IMG/VR virus record: IMGVR_UViG_3300044611_001018
Origin: a virus
Lineage: Duplodnaviria > Caudoviricetes
DNA length: 64,000 bases
Reading direction: 5' to 3' (one strand)
The notes under the pieces were generated by a model. It was not told where the DNA came from, did not search any database, and worked only from the letters and a program-made list of their open reading frames with translations. The translations under genes and the position numbers were made by a program. Below, piece by piece: positions 48,485 through 57,493 of this stretch (the first letter of the stretch is position 1; every line of letters starts with the position of its first letter).

Positions 48485-48619
48485 TCAGAACTCCCGCAGC
48501 AGTTCATGGGGCAGTTCTTCAACTGGCCACTCCTCATCCAGGAGAGCATCCAGTTCCATGTCAGTGTCAATCACGGAGCGCAGTTGGTGTTCGTTGTAAT
48601 CGTAATCCATGAGGTTCAT
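48485..48619 (-). CDS. Small acidic protein (44 aa)
   Basis: Manually translated MNLMDYDYNEHQLRSVIDTDMELDALLDEEWPVEELP...; follows TATAAT at 48637-42. Confidence 0.55.
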   Translation of the reverse strand: MNLMDYDYNEHQLRSVIDTDMELDALLDEEWPVEELPHELLREF

Positions 48620-48692
48620 AAGTTGACTACTTTTAAATTATAAGGGGTGCTTCAGCAAATCAAAGCGCCCAGTGTGCCAGTTATTGAATTGT

Positions 48693-48917
48693 CTATTTCT
48701 TCTCTGGTTTTGCTGCTGGTGGTGCAGTGTAAGGAACCTTACCAGTCTCATTATACATCAGAATGTCATATTTAAATTTACATTCCAATGGTTTTTGATT
48801 GCAAAGTTTAAGCGTATCTTGATGAGAACTATGTGTGCCTACATTACCACCCAATGCAAATCCGATTATACCAGCAAGGGCAAATCCAACATAAGAAACA
48901 TAATAAGTTTTAATCAT
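48693..48917 (-). CDS. Membrane-anchored hypothetical protein
   Basis: TM segment YVGFALAGIIGFALGG; CNQKPLECKFKYDILMY. Confidence 0.65.
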   Translation of the reverse strand: MIKTYYVSYVGFALAGIIGFALGGNVGTHSSHQDTLKLCNQKPLECKFKYDILMYNETGKVPYTAPPAAKPEKK

Positions 48918-48920
48918 AAT

Positions 48921-49304
48921 TCAATCCCAAGAAACATTTTGAAGAAGGAACCCAGGCATTACATATGTCCAGGAACCAGACTCTTGACTACCACCGACTT
49001 TATATTCCCACTTGTATTCGTACTTATTATGACTATCCCAAGTCATATATCCCTTCTCTTTATCAAATCGTCCTTTAATAGTGAGACCAAACTTATTAGA
49101 GAAGATATTGCGAGTACGCAATGCACCACCAGTCTCACGAGTTTCTACTACTTTACATGTGTCAGGATAGGTTTGAAGTCCTGCTTCAAGTACACATGGA
49201 GTTTCATATGCAAATGGACGATAGACCTTTGGTTTTGGTGGTGCATTCTGTGCAAATGCAGGTGCAGTCAACAGAAGAGATGCAAGAATTAGAAGTTTGT
49301 TCAT
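48921..49304 (-). CDS. Secreted hypothetical protein
   Basis: Signal peptide MNKLLILASLLLTAPAFA. Confidence 0.7.
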   Translation of the reverse strand: MNKLLILASLLLTAPAFAQNAPPKPKVYRPFAYETPCVLEAGLQTYPDTCKVVETRETGGALRTRNIFSNKFGLTIKGRFDKEKGYMTWDSHNKYEYKWEYKVGGSQESGSWTYVMPGFLLQNVSWD

Positions 49305-49498
49305 TTGTCCTTCAGTAGATTGTGATAATGTTGTACTTCTGAGTTTTCAAAATCTTTACATCGTGGATAGAATACACCATCTCGATAGCAAGACTTCTCT
49401 GGTTCATAGTAAACCTGAGATGATTTGGTGTAATTTCTCTCACAGACGTAAGTTCCATTCACACACAATTGCAAAAGAGTGAATAGTGTGGAGTACAT
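49301..49498 (-). CDS. Hypothetical protein
   Basis: TAATG overlap with the RlpA stop; CYRDGVFYPRC. Confidence 0.6.
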   Translation of the reverse strand: MYSTLFTLLQLCVNGTYVCERNYTKSSQVYYEPEKSCYRDGVFYPRCKDFENSEVQHYHNLLKDK

Positions 49499-49806
49499 TA
49501 TACCACAACTCTCCAACAAACAGTAGCATTACCTCTTTTAGAAGATTCGATGTGAGCAAATGCAGCGTAACTCAAATCCAAATCAGCATGTGAGTAAGGA
49601 CCACGGTCATTCACTCTCACAATTACTTGTTTACCATTATCTTGATTGGTCACTCGTATGCGTGTACCCATAGGTAGATAAGGATGAGCTGCAGTCCAAC
49701 GATAAGCATTAAACCGCTCACCATTTGCCGTAATTTGTCCATGAAATCCATCTCCAATTCCATAAAAAGTGGCGATACCACAAGCAAGACCAGCAATGAT
49801 TGACAT
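49498..49806 (-). CDS. rlpA: RlpA-family lytic transglycosylase (DPBB domain)
   Basis: ATFYG...TANGERFN...TAAHPYLPMGTRIRVTN..NGK.VIVRVNDRGPY...DLS. Confidence 0.85.
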   Translation of the reverse strand: MSIIAGLACGIATFYGIGDGFHGQITANGERFNAYRWTAAHPYLPMGTRIRVTNQDNGKQVIVRVNDRGPYSHADLDLSYAAFAHIESSKRGNATVCWRVVV

Positions 49807-49886
49807 GTTTGGTGAATGAGGCATAAGCATCATAACCTCACCAGAGGTGCCTACGTGCCCCTGTGTGCCACTTGTTTTGCTGTCTA

Positions 49887-50090
49887 CTATAGATTCTCCA
49901 GTTCCTCTGCTATTTTGAACATCTCTTGGGCAGTCTTAAGATTCATTTGTGGGCACTCATCAATTAAGGTCCGAACAAATGCTGCCAATGCTTTTGCACC
50001 TATTTTATCTTTCTTATCATGAGTTGTTCTGAGTAGAGTATTCATAGAATTTAAATACTCTTGCTCTAATCTTTTTGCTCTGCTTGACAT
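49887..50090 (-). CDS. Hypothetical protein
   Basis: 67-aa ORF directly after the GT11 stop. Confidence 0.6.
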   Translation of the reverse strand: MSSRAKRLEQEYLNSMNTLLRTTHDKKDKIGAKALAAFVRTLIDECPQMNLKTAQEMFKIAEELENL

Positions 50091-50091
50091 T

Positions 50092-51231
50092 TTAACTGAC
50101 AACTGTAAATGAACGTTGGTCGGGATTCTCTAATCCTATGTAGTGTGGTTTATCAAAAAATAATGCTGCAAGATCTCTAGTTTGGTCATAACCATCAAGA
50201 TCGATTTTAATAGCACCTAATCCAATCTCTGCAAAGGCATTTCTAGTATCCTCATCATGCCCTTGCATCCAATATTTTGGATAGATAACTTTCTTACTAT
50301 TAGATAATTCTACGCCCCACATACCAAAAGAACTATTTGCTGCAATATGATAATCACACATAGACATCAAGCATAGTTCAAATGAATAATTATACAAATT
50401 ATTTGCAATTTTCTCTTTATATGTTGGATGCAATTCTTTTACAAGTCTCACCATCTCTTGATTCAATTCTTCTTGAGTTGGAGTAGATGGCATCAAATTA
50501 TCATAGGCATGTTTAGCTAATGCTACTTTGTAATCAAATCTACATTCTCCAGAAGCATCTACTAACCTATCCAATTCTTGACCAACATCACAATTAATTA
50601 ATTCATTATCGTTGAATATATCAAGAACAAACGTAAATCTTTCTGGATCACTTGCTGTTAAAATTGGATTTGTTAGAATATAATCTTTAACGTTACAAAA
50701 GATTAGAACTGGGATGTTTGGTGGCAGTAATTCCAATGCCTCTTTATAATAATCATCATCAATTAAAAACATTCCAGATCTAATATCTTCAAAATCACCT
50801 CTACGAAGATGCATTGAGATTACTTCTTGACCATCAAACTTTGACATAAACTGACGGCATTTATCCACAACTTCTGGTCTAAACCGCAATTCTTTTTTAA
50901 CAGATTCAAAATTAATAGAATCAACCATACTTTTAACAGTAGGATACCCATATAATTCACAGTTGTCCTCTACCATTGCAACAACTTCTTCAAAAGAATG
51001 GTCATCCAAAAACTCAATGGACTTTAAATCAGCATCAAGTTCATCTTTAATACTGTTAAATTGCAAATTAGTAAATGTATTTCTAAGTGCCTTTAATCCA
51101 TTTGTATTGATAGTATAACTATACCCTGTTCTATTTGCAATAGAACGCATCAATACATATGAAGATATCTGGTATCCCAATCCAGTTCCAGTAGCAGCAA
51201 ATTCTTGATGATATTTAATCATATTGCACAA
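50092..51231 (-). CDS. Glycosyltransferase family 11 (alpha-1,2-fucosyltransferase-like)
   Basis: GTGLGYQ, SMHLRRGD, DYYKEA, IAANSSFGMWG motifs of GT11. Confidence 0.8.
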   Translation of the reverse strand: MCNMIKYHQEFAATGTGLGYQISSYVLMRSIANRTGYSYTINTNGLKALRNTFTNLQFNSIKDELDADLKSIEFLDDHSFEEVVAMVEDNCELYGYPTVKSMVDSINFESVKKELRFRPEVVDKCRQFMSKFDGQEVISMHLRRGDFEDIRSGMFLIDDDYYKEALELLPPNIPVLIFCNVKDYILTNPILTASDPERFTFVLDIFNDNELINCDVGQELDRLVDASGECRFDYKVALAKHAYDNLMPSTPTQEELNQEMVRLVKELHPTYKEKIANNLYNYSFELCLMSMCDYHIAANSSFGMWGVELSNSKKVIYPKYWMQGHDEDTRNAFAEIGLGAIKIDLDGYDQTRDLAALFFDKPHYIGLENPDQRSFTVVS

Positions 51232-51249
51232 ATTATCCAGTGTTACTAT

Positions 51250-52038
51250 TTAGAAATATATCTCCCAAACTCCATCACACTTGACCCCATGCCCCTGTAG
51301 TGTGATTCTACGGTCATTCAATGACAAATTATATGCAGGTGCAATTTGGTGTTGAAGTGGACCAATAAAATAGAACATTTTACCTGGAATATAAGGAATC
51401 ACTGTTGGTGTTCCATATGCACCATATTCAAGTGATTTAATTGCTTTGGAATAATCATCATTGATTTCATAGCATTTAATTGCATCTTCATTCCAAGTAT
51501 TAAGACCAGCACCAGTTTTAGGAACTTCTAAACATAGAGTGAATGACAAACAATTTTCAAGGTCTACCTCACCATATTGACTCCATACTGATTTATGCTT
51601 TTCTTGTTGAAGATCTACATGAATAGTTGCACTTGGACGTTCCATGTATTCTTTTGTTGCTACTTTTGGTTCCTCTCCAGGTTTACAACCAAATATATGG
51701 AATCCAGGATATGCTAAAGAATCATTTAACCGACAGGGACCAATCTCATAATAGATGTGATATACAATGGTATCATACAACCAACCAAAATATTCTTTAA
51801 GTAAAGGATTGGTCTGCATTGTCATCATAGTATACATCTGAGTATTGAGCATACAATCAATATATGTTGCAGGACCCAAAGTATAAAAATCCACTGGATT
51901 CTCAGCATCATGAGAGAATCCAGTGTTAGCAGAGTAAATCCCCCTTGGAATCCACCAATTACTCAATAAATCAATTCTTTCCAATGCCGCATCGATTCTT
52001 TCTTTATCTAATACATCCAGATATCCTGCCGTTATCAT
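51250..52038 (-). CDS. 2OG-Fe(II)-dependent oxygenase-like protein
   Basis: HxD (IHVD), SFTL, distal His (QHQI) and RITLQGH. Confidence 0.7.
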   Translation of the reverse strand: MITAGYLDVLDKERIDAALERIDLLSNWWIPRGIYSANTGFSHDAENPVDFYTLGPATYIDCMLNTQMYTMMTMQTNPLLKEYFGWLYDTIVYHIYYEIGPCRLNDSLAYPGFHIFGCKPGEEPKVATKEYMERPSATIHVDLQQEKHKSVWSQYGEVDLENCLSFTLCLEVPKTGAGLNTWNEDAIKCYEINDDYSKAIKSLEYGAYGTPTVIPYIPGKMFYFIGPLQHQIAPAYNLSLNDRRITLQGHGVKCDGVWEIYF

Positions 52039-52280
52039 TCAAACTCTCCTCTTTGATTTTTAGTTAAAAGATTTGGTACAATAGGTTCTTCCACCTTTAT
52101 TTCAACATAGACATTAGTCTCATCATTCCAATGTCTTACGACCCCTGCGATAATGCAAATATTAGTAATGAGATAAGTGAGGAATATAACAGTACGTATA
52201 TGAGCAATGTGGTCTGATTCTCTGTCATCATTTGATGCCTTCTCTCCCAGTGCCTTTGCCCACATTCTCCAAATCTTCAT
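52035..52280 (-). CDS. Small membrane protein
   Basis: WAKALGEKAS...IRTVIFLTYLITNICIIAGVVRHW. Confidence 0.7.
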   Translation of the reverse strand: MKIWRMWAKALGEKASNDDRESDHIAHIRTVIFLTYLITNICIIAGVVRHWNDETNVYVEIKVEEPIVPNLLTKNQRGEFE

Positions 52281-52503
52281 AAATGGATTCTCTCGTTGCA
52301 ATGTATTTAAGTTCTTTCCATTGACTTGCATAACACAAAACAAGTAGTCTATCATTCCTATGAAGACGACATGCTTTATAATTTACACAGTCTTTTGGAC
52401 GGACAGATACTTCAATGGTAATGTATTCTTTACCTTTGAAGTAAACCCATCCTTCTACCCCCTTAGTCCACTCAACATAATCATTAACTTCTGGTTCATA
52501 CAT
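52228..52503 (-). CDS. Hypothetical protein
   Basis: YEPEVNDYVEW...GWVYF...YITIE. Confidence 0.7.
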   Translation of the reverse strand: MYEPEVNDYVEWTKGVEGWVYFKGKEYITIEVSVRPKDCVNYKACRLHRNDRLLVLCYASQWKELKYIATRESIYEDLENVGKGTGREGIK

Positions 52504-52684
52504 CGGTTAAATCATTGATAAACAACCAATCATCTGGTTCCTCACCATCAACTACAAATTCACAGTGAAGGGCATCTGCATCATCAATGTTAAACTCATC
52601 AACAAGTTGACTAATGCGATCCATGAAGAACTCTTCACAGTGAGTAATGCACCTTTCATGCATCAGATCTGACTTTATACTCAT
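52496..52684 (-). CDS. Hypothetical acidic protein
   Basis: 62 aa; ADALHCEF. Confidence 0.6.
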   Translation of the reverse strand: MSIKSDLMHERCITHCEEFFMDRISQLVDEFNIDDADALHCEFVVDGEEPDDWLFINDLTDV

Positions 52685-52793
52685 TTAAAAACTCCTGAAT
52701 TTGGGTCATTTCTTTCAGAATGCATTCTAGTTGGGATTCAAGATGTGTCAACCTGTGCTGCTGGGCAGCAATGAAGTCTGGGTCTTTAATCAT
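52656..52793 (-). CDS. Small coiled-coil protein (45 aa)
   Basis: Manually translated MIKDPDFIAAQQHRLTHLESQLECILKEM... Confidence 0.5.
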   Translation of the reverse strand: MIKDPDFIAAQQHRLTHLESQLECILKEMTQIQEFLNEYKVRSDA

Positions 52794-52795
52794 AA

Positions 52796-53041
52796 TCATG
52801 TGGTAAACTGCTCCACAACACAAGAAGTGATGTCATCTTCAGAAACAGCATAGATGCGAGCATTCATAATGTTCTCCCTCAAATCACTGTAATACTGTTC
52901 ATAGTAATTACCATCGTCTTCAGCAGCGATGAGATCAAAACATTCATCATCGTTCTCAGCAATTACATTCCACAAACCACCATACTCAGAAGAGGGGAAG
53001 GGAACGTAATGATCAACGATGTAAAGATACTTTTGTGCCAT
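52796..53041 (-). CDS. Hypothetical protein
   Basis: YIVDHYVPFPSSEYGGLWNVIA; has its own promoter. Confidence 0.75.
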   Translation of the reverse strand: MAQKYLYIVDHYVPFPSSEYGGLWNVIAENDDECFDLIAAEDDGNYYEQYYSDLRENIMNARIYAVSEDDITSCVVEQFTT

Positions 53042-53064
53042 TTTTGTAGTTAAAGAACTCCTTA

Positions 53065-53093
53065 ATTGTAAAAGAAAAGAATCGTGATGTCAA
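53065..53093 (-). promoter_or_regulatory. Sigma70-type promoter TTGACA-N17-TACAAT
   Basis: Plus strand ATTGTA 53065-70 and TGTCAA 53088-93. Confidence 0.75.
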
Positions 53094-53272
53094 GCAGCAA
53101 ATTCTACATTAAACTGCTCACACCACTCATTGTACTCATCCAAGCAACCATGCTCCATAGCATCCATCTCCTCATAGGTGTATGGACGCTCTTCAAGGGT
53201 CAGCAGCATACCAGTTGTAGGACACTGCCACAGACCAGAGGTGTAGAGATCAAGGTGTTGTTGGATGGTCAT
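53090..53272 (-). CDS. Hypothetical protein
   Basis: MTIQQHL...; follows TATAAT at 53296-301. Confidence 0.6.
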   Translation of the reverse strand: MTIQQHLDLYTSGLWQCPTTGMLLTLEERPYTYEEMDAMEHGCLDEYNEWCEQFNVEFAA

Positions 53273-53340
53273 TGGAATCTCTTGAGTACCCACTCATTAT
53301 AGGGGTGATTCCACCCCAATCTGGGGTGGTGTGTGCCAGT

Positions 53341-53778
53341 TTACAGACCTGTCCACACCCTTCCAGTGTCACACATGAATGTGAGTAGATACTTCTCTTC
53401 ATTTTCATGTGCTTCTACTTCATGAGGTTGATTGGAGTAATCCATCTCCTCAACATTGATTCCCCTGTAAATTCTATTGCCACCACGAAGACGCAGTGTG
53501 CCATCAACCCATTGTTTTACATGGATAAGTTCATGCAAAAGCGTAAGCGCATACAATCTTTTATTCATGTTAGATTGCAGTTCAATTAAGAATGTGCGTG
53601 GATTGCGTTCTCCACCTTCAATATCACAATATCCATATGCACATTCACGCTTCATGCCACGATGAGTGACTGTAATATCAATCTTATGACGAGGATAAAA
53701 TTTGGTGATAAACCAAACTAAAATATCTTCGCATAGTTTTTTATGGGCACCATACCCATTGATTTCATAGTAAAACAT
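53341..53778 (-). CDS. Zincin-like metallopeptidase (HExxH)
   Basis: LLHELIHVKQW...PHEVEA. Confidence 0.7.
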   Translation of the reverse strand: MFYYEINGYGAHKKLCEDILVWFITKFYPRHKIDITVTHRGMKRECAYGYCDIEGGERNPRTFLIELQSNMNKRLYALTLLHELIHVKQWVDGTLRLRGGNRIYRGINVEEMDYSNQPHEVEAHENEEKYLLTFMCDTGRVWTGL

Positions 53779-53863
53779 TAAAAATCACCTGCGTAAGACG
53801 GGTTCCCCAATGCATGAGCCAAATGAATGACCCAATAAAAATGAGTTTGTCAGTCTTTGTCAT
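53765..53863 (-). CDS. Small hydrophobic protein (32 aa)
   Basis: MTKTDKLIFIGSFIWLMHWGTRL... Confidence 0.45.
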   Translation of the reverse strand: MTKTDKLIFIGSFIWLMHWGTRLTQVIFNVLL

Positions 53864-53950
53864 GTTTGTGCTCATCAAGGTAATTAAAGAATGGGGAGAA
53901 TAGTACGAATCCTCCCCATGCAAATCCTGCAAGGATAATCAGTGCATAAA

Positions 53951-54400
53951 TCATCGTGCGTAAAGATAACCACCTGCCCAATCACAATTTGCAAGAGCAT
54001 TCTCACGTTGCTCAATGATACGCAAATCATAGCGAACTCCCTTAGCAGGTGCCTTCCAAGATGCAGACTTGTAGAGTTCACCAGTCTTGCGATCTACAAA
54101 AGCATGAACAGAACGAGAACCACCACCATCAATCATAATGATTTTGTGATACTTCTTACCACTTTCAATCACATAATCAATGTCAGACTTGCCAGACTTG
54201 AGTTCATCAATCTTACGTTGATGATACTCATGAGTGTCAGCATCAGTGCCAACAAACTTCTGATGTCCACGGACAGCATACTCCCTATAGTTGTCCTTGA
54301 GAGCATCAATCAACATGTAGCACCACTTGGTCACGTTGAGTTGAATGGTGTTACGAGCATCCTGCTCAGCAACAAACTGATCGAAGGTGGAAGCAGTCAT
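53951..54400 (-). CDS. Conserved cyanophage hypothetical protein
   Basis: GKKYHKII...SVHAFVD..TG..YK.ASWKAPAKGVRYDL. Confidence 0.8.
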   Translation of the reverse strand: MTASTFDQFVAEQDARNTIQLNVTKWCYMLIDALKDNYREYAVRGHQKFVGTDADTHEYHQRKIDELKSGKSDIDYVIESGKKYHKIIMIDGGGSRSVHAFVDRKTGELYKSASWKAPAKGVRYDLRIIEQRENALANCDWAGGYLYAR

Positions 54401-54437
54401 GAGAGGTGTTTGTTTGAACTGAAATCAGTATAATGGG

Positions 54438-54575
54438 TCAGATAACTCCCGATGTGTAATGCTGTGACGGTTTTTCAACTGGCACACTCTCACGGGACGA
54501 ACCAACATTCCATGTAAACACGGTATGAACCATCATACCAATAGTCACAAAGAATACAAATTTAATTACCTTCAT
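54438..54575 (-). CDS. Small membrane protein (45 aa)
   Basis: Manually translated MKVIKFVFFVTIGMMVHTVF...VPVEKPSQ; reads through the dyad. Confidence 0.5.
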   Translation of the reverse strand: MKVIKFVFFVTIGMMVHTVFTWNVGSSRESVPVEKPSQHYTSGVI

Positions 54576-54748
54576 GCACTGTAACCTTCAGACTTCAAAA
54601 TAGCACGACGAGCATCATATGCTTGAAATTGAGATGCAAACTCAGCAATCTTCTGATACGGATTCTTACGATACAATCCCCATCGAGTAGTGCCAAGAAT
54701 AGCACGAATCATGTATGGATTATCAAGACCCAGAGGATAGGGTTTCAT
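54572..54748 (-). CDS. Hypothetical protein
   Basis: MKPYPLGLDNPY...GTTRWGLY. Confidence 0.65.
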   Translation of the reverse strand: MKPYPLGLDNPYMIRAILGTTRWGLYRKNPYQKIAEFASQFQAYDARRAILKSEGYSA

Positions 54749-54971
54749 CTTCTGCATTTGTAGGACTCTCTGATATTACTACCTGAGTCGGTTCCTCGTC
54801 AACGGTAGGTGGACACTCTTGAGATTGTCCCAACAACTCATTACATCTTTTCATAATACAATCAATAAAATCCTGTTCAGTCCATGTGTTAAACATAGAT
54901 TCTAGTGGATCATTCTCATCCCATGATATTGTAAATGATCCATCTTGTTCTTCTTTAACATCAATTGCCAT
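54723..54971 (-). CDS. Hypothetical protein
   Basis: IDVKEEQDGSFTISWDENDP...WTEQDF. Confidence 0.65.
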   Translation of the reverse strand: MAIDVKEEQDGSFTISWDENDPLESMFNTWTEQDFIDCIMKRCNELLGQSQECPPTVDEEPTQVVISESPTNAEDETLSSGS

Positions 54972-55305
54972 AATCGTCATCCCATGGTGCTTTACGACTT
55001 AAAACTCTTGCAATTTTTTTCATTACTTCTGGGTCTGGTGGTTCATGCAACCTTTCTACAAGAGCATCAAAGTCTTTTGCTGGTAATACAATCCGTTCAG
55101 GTTTTGCTCCTTTACCCCAGAACTTCTCAAACTCCCACTTGTAGTTCATATCCAACCACCCACCATTCAAAGAACTCCAAAACTCTCCCCAAATGTGATA
55201 ATCATCAAAGCGAAATCCTTCGTGTGACATCAAACGATACCACCACCAGAACGGAGTATAACGAAGAAATCTATTTGAGATAATCCATCTATTAATTAAG
55301 ACCAT
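54961..55305 (-). CDS. Hypothetical protein
   Basis: Trp-rich N-half; C-terminal IVLPAKDFDALVERLHEPP resembles DUF1778-type antitoxin tails. Confidence 0.6.
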   Translation of the reverse strand: MVLINRWIISNRFLRYTPFWWWYRLMSHEGFRFDDYHIWGEFWSSLNGGWLDMNYKWEFEKFWGKGAKPERIVLPAKDFDALVERLHEPPDPEVMKKIARVLSRKAPWDDDYGN

Positions 55306-55523
55306 CTTCCCAACCTCAGCTTTCGTTCAGGTGAAATCCACGGATTATATGGATCATCATAGGGATAGATGTATTCGCACATCCAACCCCAGGATAATGC
55401 CTCCCAGAAGTCATCAGGGAAATGCTCAACAGTTTCATGACAATCTATGATATATCTAATGTTGAAAAATCCCTCACGGAACCATTCCCACTTACTCATA
55501 CCCCAGTATTCATCGTGCGTCAT
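55296..55523 (-). CDS. Hypothetical Trp-rich protein
   Basis: 75-aa ORF in an overlapping run. Confidence 0.6.
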   Translation of the reverse strand: MTHDEYWGMSKWEWFREGFFNIRYIIDCHETVEHFPDDFWEALSWGWMCEYIYPYDDPYNPWISPERKLRLGRWS

Positions 55524-55708
55524 GCTGTTTCATCACTCCAGTAGTATTTTAGTTGATCACCAGTGATATTCAAATGATAAATCTTACCATCTTGCCCATA
55601 AACACCAATCCACAGTGCTCGTTCATTCATACTTTCCAGATGAAACAACTTCACCTCTTCCAGTACAATCTCATCTGGGTTTTCAGTCCAATTTACTAAT
55701 TTAGTCAT
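55520..55708 (-). CDS. Hypothetical protein
   Basis: ATGA overlaps with neighbours. Confidence 0.6.
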   Translation of the reverse strand: MTKLVNWTENPDEIVLEEVKLFHLESMNERALWIGVYGQDGKIYHLNITGDQLKYYWSDETA

Positions 55709-55875
55709 TTTTTCCACTCCCATTCACTCTTGATACTCCACTCTGTTCTAATGTAAGAGTAGTTTAGATAATCCCAAAAAATACCTTGATAATCTTCAAA
55801 GTCCCATTCAGGGTCACGACCATCATAAGTCATCAGTTGCTTCCACAACTCAAAACATATTTTAAATGCTTTCAT
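55705..55875 (-). CDS. Hypothetical protein
   Basis: ATGA overlaps with neighbours. Confidence 0.6.
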   Translation of the reverse strand: MKAFKICFELWKQLMTYDGRDPEWDFEDYQGIFWDYLNYSYIRTEWSIKSEWEWKK

Positions 55876-56090
55876 TTTGCCTCCCAAAATCTACCATCAG
55901 GACCACAAGAGTAATCAAGTGATTCCCAACATTTAGCACGGAGCATATCACAGAACCTGCTCTCATTACCAGTCACAAGGTTATGAGAAGTATTTGGTGA
56001 TACACAAGTATCGTGTCGGTGTCCCATTCCAAATAGATGAGAGAACCAATCCTTACGATAATACTTGCAATCTTTACAGAGTTTGGTCAT
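55872..56090 (-). CDS. Cys-rich hypothetical protein
   Basis: KLCKDCKYY...C...FC..LR...CGPDGRFWE. Confidence 0.7.
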   Translation of the reverse strand: MTKLCKDCKYYRKDWFSHLFGMGHRHDTCVSPNTSHNLVTGNESRFCDMLRAKCWESLDYSCGPDGRFWEAK

Positions 56091-56257
56091 AGTAACTCGT
56101 GCTTCATTCCCATCAGTTTACCATAGATTTTGGCATAAAACAAATGAATAAACTTATCGTTATCATCTCGCAGTATTTGGGCCTTCACTAGTGCCATCAG
56201 TGCTTCAATTTCAGCAATCTGTAAATCAGAGTCTATATTGTGTTCTGTGACTTCCAT
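56087..56257 (-). CDS. Hypothetical protein (56 aa)
   Basis: Manually translated MEVTEHNIDSDLQIAEIEALMALV...; TAATG and ATGA overlaps. Confidence 0.6.
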   Translation of the reverse strand: MEVTEHNIDSDLQIAEIEALMALVKAQILRDDNDKFIHLFYAKIYGKLMGMKHELL

Positions 56258-56559
56258 TATGAGTAATTAAAGTGTAAATGTGTTTCCCAAGTGAATGCTG
56301 GTTGGTCTTTCCTTTGCATCATTTCTGCAACAAAATATGGAATGAACCTTGTGTATTTGTCCAGAAACTCCCTCTCCGTGAGTTCATCAAATCCGTGCAT
56401 ATAATGATCACAATCAACAAACTTTGCAAACTTTTCATATTCACGGTCTCTATCATCAACTCTTTGATAGTTGCGACAGATTTTCAACCAGAATGAACGA
56501 CCTTCACCAGTGGCACAGTAATCAATCGCAAAGAAACGATAGAATGGTTTGTCACTCAT
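56257..56559 (-). CDS. Hypothetical protein
   Basis: 100 aa; IDYCATGEGRSFW. Confidence 0.7.
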   Translation of the reverse strand: MSDKPFYRFFAIDYCATGEGRSFWLKICRNYQRVDDRDREYEKFAKFVDCDHYMHGFDELTEREFLDKYTRFIPYFVAEMMQRKDQPAFTWETHLHFNYS

Positions 56560-57073
56560 TGTTCTTCCTCACTCTTGCAAGAAACTCATTACTCTGTTGA
56601 TACAATCCTGCAATCAAATCCTTGATGTCATCAATTGCAATCACAGTATACTCCACATTCATATTTTCACAGATGAGTGCGTCAACCATACATTCCAATG
56701 TCATTGCTTGCATATGCTCTGGTGTGATTGGTGTGCCATGTGGCATCCCAGAGCATTCATCATTGTAAAATGCATTATATCGTCGAAGAACAGTTTCACT
56801 TCGTTCTTTGCGTTCCCATTCTTCTTTTTCAATTGCTGCAAGTTGTTGAAGTGCATCACCATTTTCATCATAAAGTTTATCAAGAGCATCAAGTGCCTTG
56901 CGTTCTTTCTCACGACGCTCTGCTTCTTCAAACATAGCATCAGGATAGGGTTCTTGGTTTCTCATAAGTTCTTTTAACCTTTGTTTACCATACTCTGTAA
57001 GTTCATGTTTCTTGGTGCGAAGTTCATCAACTTCCTCTTGTGTGAGATTTACCCATGGCATGTCTTCATTCAT
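56552..57073 (-). CDS. Hypothetical protein
   Basis: 173-aa helical ORF in an overlapping run. Confidence 0.7.
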   Translation of the reverse strand: MNEDMPWVNLTQEEVDELRTKKHELTEYGKQRLKELMRNQEPYPDAMFEEAERREKERKALDALDKLYDENGDALQQLAAIEKEEWERKERSETVLRRYNAFYNDECSGMPHGTPITPEHMQAMTLECMVDALICENMNVEYTVIAIDDIKDLIAGLYQQSNEFLARVRKNNE

Positions 57074-57312
57074 TTGTTCTTCTCACAATACAGGAAATAC
57101 TTGTACTCTGCAACTTGATGTGGTGCATATCTTACGACATCACACTCTTTATACTTATCAACCACTTCAAATGATGCAGAGTTGATTGGGTTATCCCCAG
57201 AGGCAAAGTAAGCAAGTGCAATCAGAATAATGATGAATACAGCAGAGGCACCAAGAAATACACCAACACCACGCAGAAACTCTTTGAGAGCATACTTATC
57301 TTCTTCAGTCAT
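57070..57312 (-). CDS. Membrane protein
   Basis: TM helix VGVFLGASAVFIIILIALAYF; FEVVDKYKECDVVRY. Confidence 0.7.
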   Translation of the reverse strand: MTEEDKYALKEFLRGVGVFLGASAVFIIILIALAYFASGDNPINSASFEVVDKYKECDVVRYAPHQVAEYKYFLYCEKNK

Positions 57313-57493
57313 TTTGCTCCACAGCATACTCTTCCTGCTGTTCTAACTTTCTTTCAAGTTTCTCAATCCTATCACACAACTCGGTGATAATACAAATCAA
57401 AGAAGGATAGCAAATAGTTTCAGTATCATTCCCATCCTCCATATCAATATAGCGGTGATGGCAAAGTTCTTTGGCAAAGTTGCGTTCAGTCAT
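57305..57493 (-). CDS. Hypothetical protein
   Basis: 62-aa ORF in an overlapping run. Confidence 0.65.
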   Translation of the reverse strand: MTERNFAKELCHHRYIDMEDGNDTETICYPSLICIITELCDRIEKLERKLEQQEEYAVEQND

